A DNA stretch of 64,000 nucleotides from Octopus sinensis. Lineage: Eukaryota. Each line of letters starts with the position of its first letter. The first letter of the stretch is position 1. The translations under genes were made by a program, and so were the position numbers. The notes below the pieces were generated by a model. It was not told the DNA's origin. It was given only the letters and a program-made list of their open reading frames with translations, and did not search any database. Shown piece after piece: positions 11,681 to 22,656 of this stretch. The stretch spans positions 85,994,001-86,058,000 of the forward strand of contig NC_042997.1 in assembly GCF_006345805.1 (NCBI RefSeq), in the 5' to 3' direction.

Positions 11681-12849
11681 TGTATGTATGTATGTATATG
11701 TATATAAAACAGTTTTACATTCTCTTCTCCATGTTTACATGGGTTGAATGAGTCTTCTACAGCATAAGGTCTCACAACTTGCTTCAACGTTTTGTCAATT
11801 CCATTCATTTTGCCTTTTGTTAACAGTTTCTGTGAGCTATTTTGTTTTATAATTAAGTGTCCAAAATACTCAACTTTTCTCTCTTTGATGGTGTCTAATA
11901 AAATTTTTTTCAGTTGCTTTTCTTAAAACCTCTTTACTGGTTTTGTTTCAGTCCATTATATACTCAAAATAGAATTACCTATTTACAGCTAGTCAACCAA
12001 AGATATTGTGAACCTAAATGTTCTTTTCCAGGTATATAGGATATACACTTAATCAGTGAGATGGAAGCAGTCAAATACACAGTCACCAATAGCTTTACCT
12101 ACAACAACTCTATTACCAGACTACAATAAATGGTAATACCATGAAAACAGGAAGACTAACAAAATATAAAAAGAAGATTAAACTAAAGAAAAACAAAACG
12201 GCTGCAAAATTACATTAGTCAGGTTATTTATTTGCATGTAGTTTCCACTGTGTTGATATGGTTTGGTGACTAGAGCATTAAGTTACGCTACAGATCTCAG
12301 GAAACATGTTTAATTCAGATTCTTGTATAATTGTCTCCCATACTGATTATTGACAGTTGCTGTGATGTGTGTGTGTGTGTGCAAGGGATGGGATTTGTGT
12401 GTGTGTGCGTGTGTGTAACATATAATATCCACTGCCTCTCAGTGCTGGCCAGACTCCATGCTACCTTCACTCAGACATTCCCATCTCACTTACCATAAAA
12501 ACCCATGTAATTTATGCACTTTGTTTTCATACTAACAAAAATAAACTTGATGGGGTATATAAATTACATGAGTAGATTGTTTCCAGTATTCTTTTAGAAA
12601 TTTTTTTTTTGTTGAAAAATGACATACAAATGTAAACATTCATACCGAAAGTTGACTCATTTAATGTCAGAATAGGTTTTTACAGAAAAAATATAATGAA
12701 ATTGACTTTTATTTATGCTGGACAGTATAATTCTTACTTTTTCTGTAGAAATTTACTAAAACCATTAAATGGTTAACTACTTTTTGAAGTTTGACATTCA
12801 TGCTGGTAATTACGATGAAAAAGTTTGACGACACCTGGTTTGTTCAGTG

Positions 12850-12990
12850 TCAACATTCTTTACCATAAGAGAGATATTTTCTCCATGCTAACTGCAGTGA
12901 ATTTGCTTTTTATCAGTTGAAAAACATTTTTTAACTGACCTAAGTTTTGTGTATGCCTAAACACTGCTTGGTGCTAACATTTCGATACTA
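12850..12990. repeat. Family K repeat, copy 2
   Basis: Matches 725-860 and 56934-57030. Confidence 0.7.
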
Positions 12991-13150
12991 CAAAAAAAAA
13001 CAAAAGACGAAGACAGGTAGTGTACAAAACAAACAGATGTATTAGTATAACGCTCAGGAATAGAAAAGTCTTTTACGTTTCGAGCCTACGCTCTTCTACA
13101 GAAAGGAACACAGAAAAAACAAGGAGAGAAACAAGGAGAAAAAAAAATCA
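12990..13150 (-). mobile_element. Probable Penelope-like element terminal repeat, CpG-rich (young)
   Basis: Minus strand GAAGAGCGTAGGCTCGAAACGTAAAAGAC with a hammerhead-like fold (13070-13105). Several intact CpGs in a CpG-poor background. Confidence 0.5.
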
Positions 13151-13330
13151 TCATTTAATGTTCATTTTCCATACTGGCATGGGTTGGGCAGTTTGACAGG
13201 TGCTGGCCAGCCAGAAAGCTGCCTGAGCTCCAATTGTCTGTTTTGGCATGGTTTCTATGGCTGGATGCTCTTTCCTAATGTTAACCACTTTACAGAGTAT
13301 ACTGGGTGTTTTTTATGTGGCACCAGTATG
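13148..13330 (-). mobile_element. RTE 3' end fragment (family E)
   Basis: ATCATCATTTAATGTTCATTTTCCATACTGGCATGGGTTGGGCAGTTTGAC... Confidence 0.75.
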
Positions 13331-14490
13331 GATGCTTTATACATGGCACTGGTGTGGGTACTTATATGTATATCAATATAGTATATGTATGTTTATTTGT
13401 GTGTGTATATATATATGTATAAACATCATCATTATCAGTATCATCCTTTTAATAGCAATTTTTCCATGCTTGCCTGTGTTAGGTAGATTTTACTATGGCA
13501 GATTTTCTGCAACCAGGTATCACTCCTGTTGCTAACTCTCCCTGATTTGTAATCAAGGTAATATATTTCCCTTTCTGGACATGTTTTTATGGAAGATTGG
13601 AAAAATGCAGGCTATCACTTGTATGATGCTCATTTACAACAATTGTTTGATGTCATGACAAAGAGACACATACCTCGATGCACACACATATGTGCTAGAT
13701 CCTCCTTCAGTTCTCAACCAGGTTTTGACAAGCCTTCATTGCCTCGTATGTCACTCACTCTCTCTCAATCTTTCTCTCTACCAGCAGCTCTTAATGACAG
13801 TATCCCTTTTCTATAACTCCTAAATTAGTGATGCTGATGTGTCAAGAAAGTAATTCTAAGACATCTGTAGATAACACCAGGAGTTCTACAGTCTGCTACG
13901 TTTCTATATTTTTACATCTCAGAAATACAAGTCACCACCGACATCATATACATGTGTCCACACGTACACACACACAAACAAACACACAGGTATGTGTACA
14001 TGTATGTACTGTTATTTCAAATATGGCACAATAGCTGAATCAAATTCAATGAAGTAACATATATATATGTATATATAATCACATACACATACATACATGT
14101 AAGATGTATGTATATGAGTGTGCGTGTTGCAAAAAGACTCATAAAACCTCAATAGAGTACGTCTCAACCCATCTAATATATTGAATACTTTTTATGAACA
14201 TCTAGATTAACATTAGCTCAACACACAAACACACAAAAGAAGCTAAACATTCATTGCATGTATTCCAATGAGACTGAAAATGAAATCTTTCCATTCTTAA
14301 TCTTTAATTGGTAATCATGCCAGACTTTTTGTTTTTTTGTAAATTTTGTCTTTTTGTGGCTTATTGTTTTGTTTTTCTTTGTTCATTTTTTTCATACATA
14401 GATAGTTAAATTTACCTTCCATATTAAGTGTATTAGATTTTGAGACGACATATCATCATGTCATACATAATGTATTATTGTAAGCTAAAG

Positions 14491-14663
14491 CAGGGGGTGG
14501 AGCTAGGGTAAATGACACCGAGGGCATGCATCAAAATTGCACCAACCCACAACCAAAATTTTTTTATGGCTTTTTTAGAAAATTATCTTGGCCAAAATTG
14601 TGCCCCCTTCAAAGTGGCACCCTAGGCATGTGTCCTGCTTGCTCCACCCTAGCTACACATCTA
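14491..14663. mobile_element. 173-bp MITE-like element with GC-rich TIRs
   Basis: CAGGGGGTGGAGCTAGGGT (14491-14509) is the imperfect inverse of ACCCTAGCTACACATCTA (14646-14663). Confidence 0.6.
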
Positions 14664-14829
14664 AGTGAAAGTACACACATACACACACACACACACATAC
14701 ACACACATTTGGCAGGAAAAACTTGTGAGGTAATAGTATGCATAATTTTTTATATTTGATGTTACATGAGAGATTTGCATTTCTTCATTTAAAACTTAGG
14801 TCAGTCATAGCCCTAAGTAATTTACAATT

Positions 14830-15125
14830 TATCATCATTATCACTTAACATCCATTTTTCCATGCTGGCATGAGTTGGGCAGTTTGACCAGAGGTGGTAA
14901 GGCCAGGGGCTGCACTAGGCTCTATTACCGGTTCTGACATGGTTTCTACAGCAGGATACCCTCCCTAACATAAACCACTCCACAGAGTGTACTGGGTGTG
15001 TTTTATGTAGCATCTATACCAGTATCAAATCTGCTGTTATGGACAAGTCTTCTTGAGTACATCTATGCACCAGATATCTTGGTTCTTAGTCATTTCCTTT
15101 GTAAGGCTCAAAGTCTTGAGATTGG
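14830..15125 (-). mobile_element. RTE LINE 3' end including the last ORF2 codons
   Basis: Family-E tail joined to minus-strand ..ANLKTLSLTKEMTKNQDIWCIDVLKKTCP, similar to the ORF2 C-terminus at 47620-47720. Confidence 0.65.
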
Positions 15126-15184
15126 CCATCAGTAAGTGTTTATAATTATTGGTCGAACACTTTTAGTGAGTTATACTTCACTTA

Positions 15185-15498
15185 ATGGAGGCACAATGGC
15201 CCAGTGGCTGGGGCAGCGGACTTGCGATCGGAGGATCGTGGTTTCAATTCCCAGACTAGGCGTTGTGTGTGTTTATTAAGCGAAAACACCTAAAGCTCCA
15301 CGAGGCTCCGGCAGTGGGTGGTGGCGACCCTGTTGTGCTCCTTTGCTCCAACTTTCTCTCACTCTTTCTTCCTGTTTCTTGAGTAACGCTGCAATGGACT
15401 GGCATCCCATCCAGCTGGAGGGAACATACACCACAGAAACCAGGAAACTGGACCCATGAGCCTGGCTAGGCTTGAAAAAGGGCGCATAAATAAATAAA
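15185..15498 (+). mobile_element. Young full-length tRNA-derived SINE ('family D', tRNA-Arg-like head) with perfect 13-bp TSD
   Basis: Head GGAGGCACAATGGCCCAGTGG..GGTTTCAATTCCC; (TAAA)n tail; TATACTTCACTTA at 15172-15184 and 15499-15511; many CpGs retained. Confidence 0.92.
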
Positions 15499-15878
15499 TA
15501 TACTTCACTTAGTTTTTGTTGAGATGTACTCTGTTGAGTTCTTGTAAGATTTAATCACACAAATGCACATATATCATTGTGTGAGTATGTGTTTATGCTT
15601 GAATACAGATATGTATGTTTATGTACATTCATGAACCTGTGGGGAGAATATATCATATATCAGTTCATGCAGATAAATCGTTGTATCTAGTAATATGTTT
15701 TTTAGATGCAAATATATTCATGTATTAGATACATTTAATAATTATTACAACTATCTTTATCATTATTCATTATTATTTTTGTCTGTGTTTACTCAAATGG
15801 AATCAAAAAAGTACCTGAGAAACATTTTTCACAAAGAAAATTTCCATTATTATATATCTCTCTCTCTCTCTCTCTTTC

Positions 15879-15915
<37 letters not shown>

Positions 15916-16439
15916 GTATATGTATGCACACACACACACAGCACATATATGCACACATAATAGACACAGATAGATAACGAAGAAAAATATTTATATATGT
16001 GTATGTATTTACATATATATTTATATATACAGAGAAAGAGAGTTATTAGTTATTAGTGAGGGATTATCAGTCAGGGAAAAATACTTTATAAGCTCTGTTA
16101 GTACACCAGGATTCTGATGAGAGTAGCATTAATTTTCTAGGTCATTCATTTTTTCTCAACTGATCAGTGGACTGATTGAGTAAACCTATCAATAACAAAC
16201 ATATAATGACATCTGGAAAAAGTTGTAAGTCAAATTTACTACTATAAAGAAATATGCAATGACCATTGTATGTGCCTTTCATATATATATATAAATGGAT
16301 GTGTTTATTTTTCCCTTGTTTACAATTAACACGGAAAAATAAAACAGTTACCAGGGCAGCAGAAAATCACACAAGTAATAAGAACATTTGTAAAGGTAGA
16401 AACTCCGGGTTGATGTAAGATATTTGGTATAATATATAT

Positions 16440-17703
16440 ATAGATAAATAAATGGAGTTAAACGACACAGGTGTTATTCAAATTCTTTTACTTCCAACAT
16501 ACGTTTCGAAGACAAAAGGAATAAAATGGTGTAATACAATGTAATCTTCTCATCAGGGAAAGAAAGAAAGAAACCAAACTCATCAATAAGATATTTTAAC
16601 TGAATGTGATGGATGTGTATGATGAACGGAACACTAAAAATTTTTTTGAAAAACCATTAGAAGATATAACGTCAAAGATAGCCTATAGAAAGAGAAGGGG
16701 TAAAGGAAAGAAATAAGCAGAAAACTAATAAAGAGCGATATGTGAATTAAAATTAAAAGCTTAAAGGCTTGGAAATAGGTATATCTAGTGGAAGTGGAAT
16801 GTAAGAAGAAAATCAATGCTCAAATTATATAGAATGGTAGATATCACTTATATGAACTAAAGGTATGCTTCTGTCAATGTTTACATCGATAAGCACACTC
16901 TATAAATGTGTTTACAAGGAGATTCTTAGAAAATAGAATATAAAGTAGTTTACTATTACAGAGTTGGCAGAATTCTTTGCCTTTATCGTATGGGAATGAA
17001 ATGGAGAGAATCAACCAATCTAAATTCTCTCCATTTATTATGATCTTTTTAGATACCAAATTAATTTACTAAGCCCTGTACTGTTGCATTTATTACTATC
17101 CCTAAATTTAGAGTAATGATTAGAAATTCTTTCAGTTAACTAAGAAGAACTACCTATATAAAAAAGACATTGGTTCCGGAAGTAATTTTACACTGGTACA
17201 TAGAGTTTTTACTCTTAAAATTATTAGACATAAACTTAATTCTGTTGGAATTGACTTCAGAGACAATAACCTTGTTGTTAATATTTCTAGGGGGATGGTT
17301 GCTATTAGCTAAATTAATGTTATTATTTTCAGTAATTGGATTTTTATTTAACAGACTGATATTATGTGAAGAGATAATTTGTGAAAGATTTTTTGTGTTA
17401 GAAAAGCTAATCCTAGCTGTGTGTGAGTTTATAATTGAGTAATACCTAGAATTCTTTTGAAAATTCTTAATAATAGCTTCATGGAACTGGAAAGGAAGAT
17501 TTGGTTTAATTTGCCTCCCATAAGGAATAATCAACCAAATAGTTTTGCTTGTGGTTGCCTTATTTTTAGTGTAACTATCTTTAAAAGACATCGATTTACC
17601 TTTAGAATGAAAAAAGGGTCTTAAATAACATACCAAAGTTGTCTTTGAAACATATGTTGAAAGTAAAAGAATTTGAATAACAGCTGCGTCGTTTAACTAC
17701 ATT

Positions 17704-17705
<2 letters not shown>
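16440..17705 (-). mobile_element. 5'-truncated Penelope-like element (RT C-terminal linker + GIY-YIG endonuclease) with inverted terminal segment
   Basis: Minus ORFs ..RYYSIINSHTARISFSNTKNLSQIISSHN..SMYQCKIT..; YIG region by frameshift; ..WLILSISFPYDKGKEFCQLCNSKLLYIL..AYRCKH. 16440-16513 (minus) is repeated in inverted orientation at 17640-17705. Confidence 0.85.
16491..16561 (-). ncRNA. Type I hammerhead ribozyme in the PLE 3' terminal repeat
   Basis: TTTCC-CTGATGA-GAAGAT(~30 nt)GTCTTC-GAAA-C-GTAT-GT-T|GGAAG. Canonical core, 6-bp stem II, minimal stem III, 5-bp stem I, GUU triplet; predicted cleavage between 16496 and 16495. Confidence 0.75.

Positions 17706-17770
<65 letters not shown>
17705..17770. 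repeat. (TA)n microsatellite
   Basis: Directly visible. Confidence 0.95.
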
Positions 17771-17775
<5 letters not shown>

Positions 17776-18007
17776 CATTTCAGCCATGTGGCTGAAATGA
17801 TACTGAAAAAAGTTTGATTTTATTCTGTGCTACTTCAAATTTTTGCAGGCCTCTAATGGGAGGCCAACTCCGACAGGCTTCTGGAATACCAATTCAACAT
17901 TCCAGACAGTTTGACAGGAGCTGGCCAGGCAGAAGCCTGTACCATACTTGTGTGTCTATTTTGGCACTGTTTTTACAGCTAGATTGCCCTTCCTAACACC
18001 TAACACT

Positions 18008-18066
<59 letters not shown>

Positions 18067-18573
18067 ATTTATGTAATACAAAGTAGAGGAAAATGAAAAT
18101 GCAAATCCTAGGCAGTCAACCAAATTCCCGAATGCATAAATGAAGATATTCAATCATTGTAATTGAATCATATATGTTTATACACATCAACATAAATCAT
18201 GCATGTATAGGCATATTCTCCAAGGGTATAAAAAATAAAACCATACATAAAAATATAGGAGAGATATAAAAGCATATAAAAATATGTAAAATGCATATAA
18301 AATCACATATAAATAAGGATTACATGTAAAAAGTTATGCTTGATAAATACAAGAGGCACAAAGCGAATGAGAGTTTGATAAATATAGGAATAAAAATGTC
18401 AATGTTCAAAATGGCAGACTGCCTAAATTGTCTAAAATTTCTAATACATCTAAAATATTTGTTTGACTGCCTAGGTTTTGCGTTTTCATTTTCCTCCACT
18501 TTGTATTATTTTGCATTGGCTCTCTACGAGCAGGCTGTAAATAGCCTATACTTTCTATAACATACTTAATATT

Positions 18574-18730
18574 ATGTATGTATGTATGTATGTATGTATG
18601 TATGTATGTATGTATGTATGTATGTATGTATGTTTGTATGTATGTATGTATGTACATGTATGTATATGTGTGTCTGTGTACGTATATATATATATATATA
18701 CACACACACACATATATACATAACTATATA
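18574..18730. repeat. (TATG)n microsatellite grading into (TA)n/(CA)n
   Basis: Directly visible. Confidence 0.95.
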
Positions 18731-18779
18731 TGTGTGTGCGTATTAAAAATGGGGAAGGCTGGTTTATGGGACTATCCTA

Positions 18780-19310
18780 GGTTTCTTTCCATAGAGGGTT
18801 TAGCTTTATGGCATATCATCAAATTCCAAAACCTGTTGGCCAATGACCTCTTCAAAATATGGAGGGTGAAATGCCTCACTACTCAGAGGTAAACAATTAA
18901 GGATTATCTCCCTTTGCTTTTGGCTATTGACTTCTGGCTGTGCAGCCATCTTGTCAGTTCCAAAAAGCTAACAGGAACCTCCTAAAATGTAAACATGACT
19001 CCAAAATCTCCGTTCATAAGTTAAGGATGTTCCCTCGTTTGAGCGAGTCTTTTAGGATTCTTGCATGTTCAACTATGCATAGCTTGCAATACTTCATCCC
19101 ACTGATATAGGGGCCTGCATTCTTGAGAATTTTCCATGAGATCAAGTATCGGATCCCATCATCTCTTAGCTGCCAGATGTGGCTGACCAGGGACGTTACG
19201 TATCTCCTTTCTGGAACCCTGAAGGAGGACCTGTGGTTGGAGACATGCTGTTTGAAAAAGTTCCCAGAACATCCAATGTATCTCCATAGGTGTGTGTTGT
19301 CAGTCCTGTG
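18780..19310 (-). mobile_element. Penelope-like element 3' fragment (GIY-YIG endonuclease)
   Basis: ORF 19014-19331: WRYIGCSGNFFKQHVSNHRSSFR..SLVSHIWQLRD..ISWKILKNAGPYISGMKYCKLCIVEHARIL..NILNL. Confidence 0.85.
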
Positions 19311-19439
19311 CCCCCCCCCACACACACACATATAACAACATCAACAGTAAAGCCAAAAAATGATAATTATAAATTATAAACTTTTGTTTATAATTTAGTA
19401 TGCAGATGAAGAGCTGTACAACAGGTTTATGCATGCTCT

Positions 19440-19770
19440 TACAGACTGGTTAGCTTGATGCATAAGTGGAAAGGGAATTCCAGAGATTTTCAGTTTGGGG
19501 AAGGAAAATTGAATGAAATGTTTAGTGTGAAGTTTGGAAGATGAGATGCAGTTTGCAGAGGGCATTTCAGCTCAGAAGAGCAGAGATCATTGCTAATGCA
19601 ATGGAAGAGACAAAGAGAATAAACAGCATATTTGTGAGCCAGCAGCTACAACATATTAAGTTAATTGGTCTAATCAGTCAAATGGCATTCTTTTAGAGAC
19701 ATGCTAGGATATGTGTGTGTGTGTGTTTGTGGTGTGTAGTACACAGGCCATATACATACTATGAGAGAGT
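19440..19770 (-). mobile_element. CR1-clade LINE ORF2 C-terminal relic
   Basis: Minus frames give HILACL*KNAI*LIR..LAHKYAVYSLCLFHCISNDLCSSEL..NLWNSLS, matching the CR1 'ILDRIQKRAIRLI..LAHRR.VSSLCLFYRY..LCSSEL..LWNSLP' pattern. Confidence 0.65.
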
Positions 19771-20529
19771 GTAACATGTCACAGTGATACACACATGCAT
19801 GGATGCTGCAAACTTCATTTTGTTGCAGTGTACCACAGATTATTCTCATTGGATGTCTCCTGCTGAAGTGACTACATGATGAAGATTAATGTTTGCAAAT
19901 CTCTTTTAATATAAATTTTGTTTTTAAATCTGACAATGGAAAGGTAGCATCAACTCCATTAGGATTTGAAAGTAGCACAATAGAAAGTCTGGTTTGAGTA
20001 ATACAGTAAATTACACTGTTTTGACCACTAATATTGATTTCTAAATTGACTGCACATCACAGATTTGTTGAAATATGGGAATATACATCTTGAATGAACG
20101 ATCATCTAGAAAAGCTGTTAAGCCTAATTAACACTCTGTGTTCTGTTAGTCTTTTAATGTCAACTATATTACTCTGATATTAATTTCTCTATTTGACCTC
20201 TGATCTCTATCGAACTACACTTCAATATATGCACCATGTTGTTGCATATGATAAAGAAATTCTCATCTTTGGGTATCATATGTGGTGGATTTGCAGCATT
20301 GTTAGAGTACAGAACTAAATGGTTTACTGTATGTTTTTCAGCTCTCCACACTTGAGTTCAAATTTTGCAAAGGTTAGTTTTGCCTTGCAGCCTTTAGGGG
20401 TTGAATAAAGTACTATTCCAAGGGTATTAGTCCAAAGTGGTTGACAAATGGAATAATTAGAGAATCACTCAAGGTGTCATCTAGTATCTGTTGCAACTCT
20501 TTGTCTTGAGTTCTTGGGGGCAGACTTAC

Positions 20530-20668
20530 TATGTCAGTTGGTTTAACCTCACCAGCTGACCCTTGTGTGTTTTTAGTGGAGTTCCCTTTGTTGCAAGCAC
20601 TTGGTTCAGACAGATCTCTGATTTGAAGATAACTCTCTCCCTCCCTCCCACTGTCCATCTGTCTTAAG
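20530..20668 (-). CDS. Candidate internal coding exon (139 nt) of an unidentified gene; alternatively a terminal exon reading to TAG at 20413
   Basis: Acceptor ttttcattattttcttttaccatttAG (plus 20669-20670); donor ATA|GTAAGT (plus 20524-20529); open frame LRQMDSGREGESYLQIRDLSEPSACNKGNSTKNTQGSAGEVKPTDI; purine-rich and not a recognised repeat. Confidence 0.45.
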
Positions 20669-21247
20669 CTAAATGGTAAAAGAAAATAATGAAAATTTTA
20701 AAAAATGAATATAACCGGATTGTTTAAGTGGCACTGTAAAGGGATGAGGTATAGTCAACTCTTGTGATGTTTTAAGTGAGAAAAGTAAAGCAATGAGATG
20801 AGTTAAAGAAAGTGCTTCTATATGGTTTCTTGAAATATCAGCCAAATTTTCCTCTAATCTTATCTTTAAACAAGAAAATTGCATCAAAGCTATGTGTAGT
20901 GATGTCATATATGGCATGCAGACCATCATTTAATTTGTTTAACAAGCACATGTGTTTATTTTTCTCTTCTGTTTTACAAATCCACTGTGCACATGCACAT
21001 TGCATGTTCATACTTCTCTTTCCAGTTCCTACTCAGAGCTATTTACAGATCACAACCATCTCACAAACCTGCATTCCAGGGAGCACTTCATGCTCCAATG
21101 ATTGCGAAAAAAGGAAGGCCATAAAAATGTAGTCTTCGATACATCAGTTGAAGAAAAAAGATGGATTACAGATGGAATGCCTCCAATCATAAGTCATATG
21201 TATCCTTGACTAGGTTCCAAGGGCTAAAAAAATCAAGAAAAATTAAG

Positions 21248-21444
21248 TAAATATTGTAAGGCATTTAGTTCAGTGTTCTAATGTGTGTTGCATTTTATTG
21301 CTGTCCTCTTCTTGATCAATTATATTGACTTCAAATTTAAATAAATATTTAAATAAATATTGTAAGGCATTTAGTTCAGTGTTCGAGTGTATGTTGCATT
21401 TTATTGCTATGCTCTTCTAGATCAAACATATTGACTTTCAAATT
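21248..21444. repeat. Tandem duplication, period ~106 bp (2 copies)
   Basis: TAAATATTGTAAGGCATTTAGTTCAGTGTTC... at 21248 and 21354. Confidence 0.9.
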
Positions 21445-22202
21445 ACATCAACAGCAGTGTTCAACTAGTACTTATTTTATCAAACCAAAAAGGATGAATG
21501 GCAAAGTCAGCTTCGGCAGAATGTGAAAACGAACAAAATGCCACTAAGTATTTTGTCCAGCATGCTAATAGTTCTGTCAGCTCGCCACCTTGCCAGTAAT
21601 AATAATATTAATAGTAAGGGTTTCTGATTAAGGCATAAGGTCAGTAATTTTGAGGATATCGGATTAGTCAAAACCATCAACTCCAGTACTTAAATGATAT
21701 TTATTTTATTGATTCCCTCCTCTCAGTATCGAAACTATTGTTATTATTAGAGAGGTGAACTGGCAGGATCATTAGTACATCTAAGTGCTAAGTGACATTT
21801 CTTCCTTCTTTTTACATTCTGAGTTCAAATGCCACTGAGGTCAACTTTTGTCTTTTATCTTTTTGGGTTCAATAAAATAAGTATTAGTTGAACATGGAGT
21901 GAGGTCAATGTAATCAACTATCCTCCCTCCTTAAAATTGCTGGCCTTGTACTAAAATTAGAAGGAATTATTACTATTATTATTATTATTAAGGCAGCGAG
22001 CTGGCAGAATTGTTTGCACACCAGGCAAAATGCTTAGTGGTATTTCGTCTGCCACTACATTCTCAGGTGAAATTCAACCAAGGTCGACTTTGCCTTTCAT
22101 CCTTTAGGGGTCGATAAAATAAGTACCAGTTGAACACTGGGGGCAAGGTATTTGACTCGTCCCCTCCCCCCAAAATGGCTGCCCTTGTGGCAAAATTTGA
22201 AA

Positions 22203-22233
<31 letters not shown>

Positions 22234-22624
22234 TATAATACAGCTGTTATGAGTAGAACGTTTTCAACCATTAGCTAAGTCTATCATAATTAATGATTGA
22301 AACATGACTGAAATTCTTGGACAGTATATATAATATATATTATGTCCCTATTGTGCAAAAACTTTGATCAGCTGATCTTATTGGAGTTATCTTCCTTGAT
22401 GATCTCATATTTTAGATTTTAAAGACCCTCCCTCACCTCCCAAAGAGGAGTTTTGTATTCTAACTATATAAATAATCTCACAATATTACATACGCAAGTG
22501 TGTCTTCCATATTAATTCAGAGGTTGATTGAATGAACTATATTCCATCCCTACAGTTTTGTGGGCTTTGTGCCAAGATTATATGTCAATAATAATAATAA
22601 TAATAATAATAATTATTATTATTA

Positions 22625-22656
<32 letters not shown>

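Noticed and set aside
12032-12132. Second AG|GT site (ttcttttccAG|GTATAT) with downstream G|GTAATA
   Set aside because: Both donors are weak and all frames contain stops. A YIGYT motif suggests a decayed GIY-YIG relic instead, too degraded to call.
15187-15260. tRNA-like sequence
   Set aside because: It is a SINE head continuing into SINE body and tail with a TSD; it lacks a proper acceptor stem.
18825-18870. Hammerhead relic downstream of the second PLE endonuclease (minus: TTGAAGA-GGTCATTGGCC-AACAGG)
   Set aside because: GAAA is missing and no stem I can be formed.
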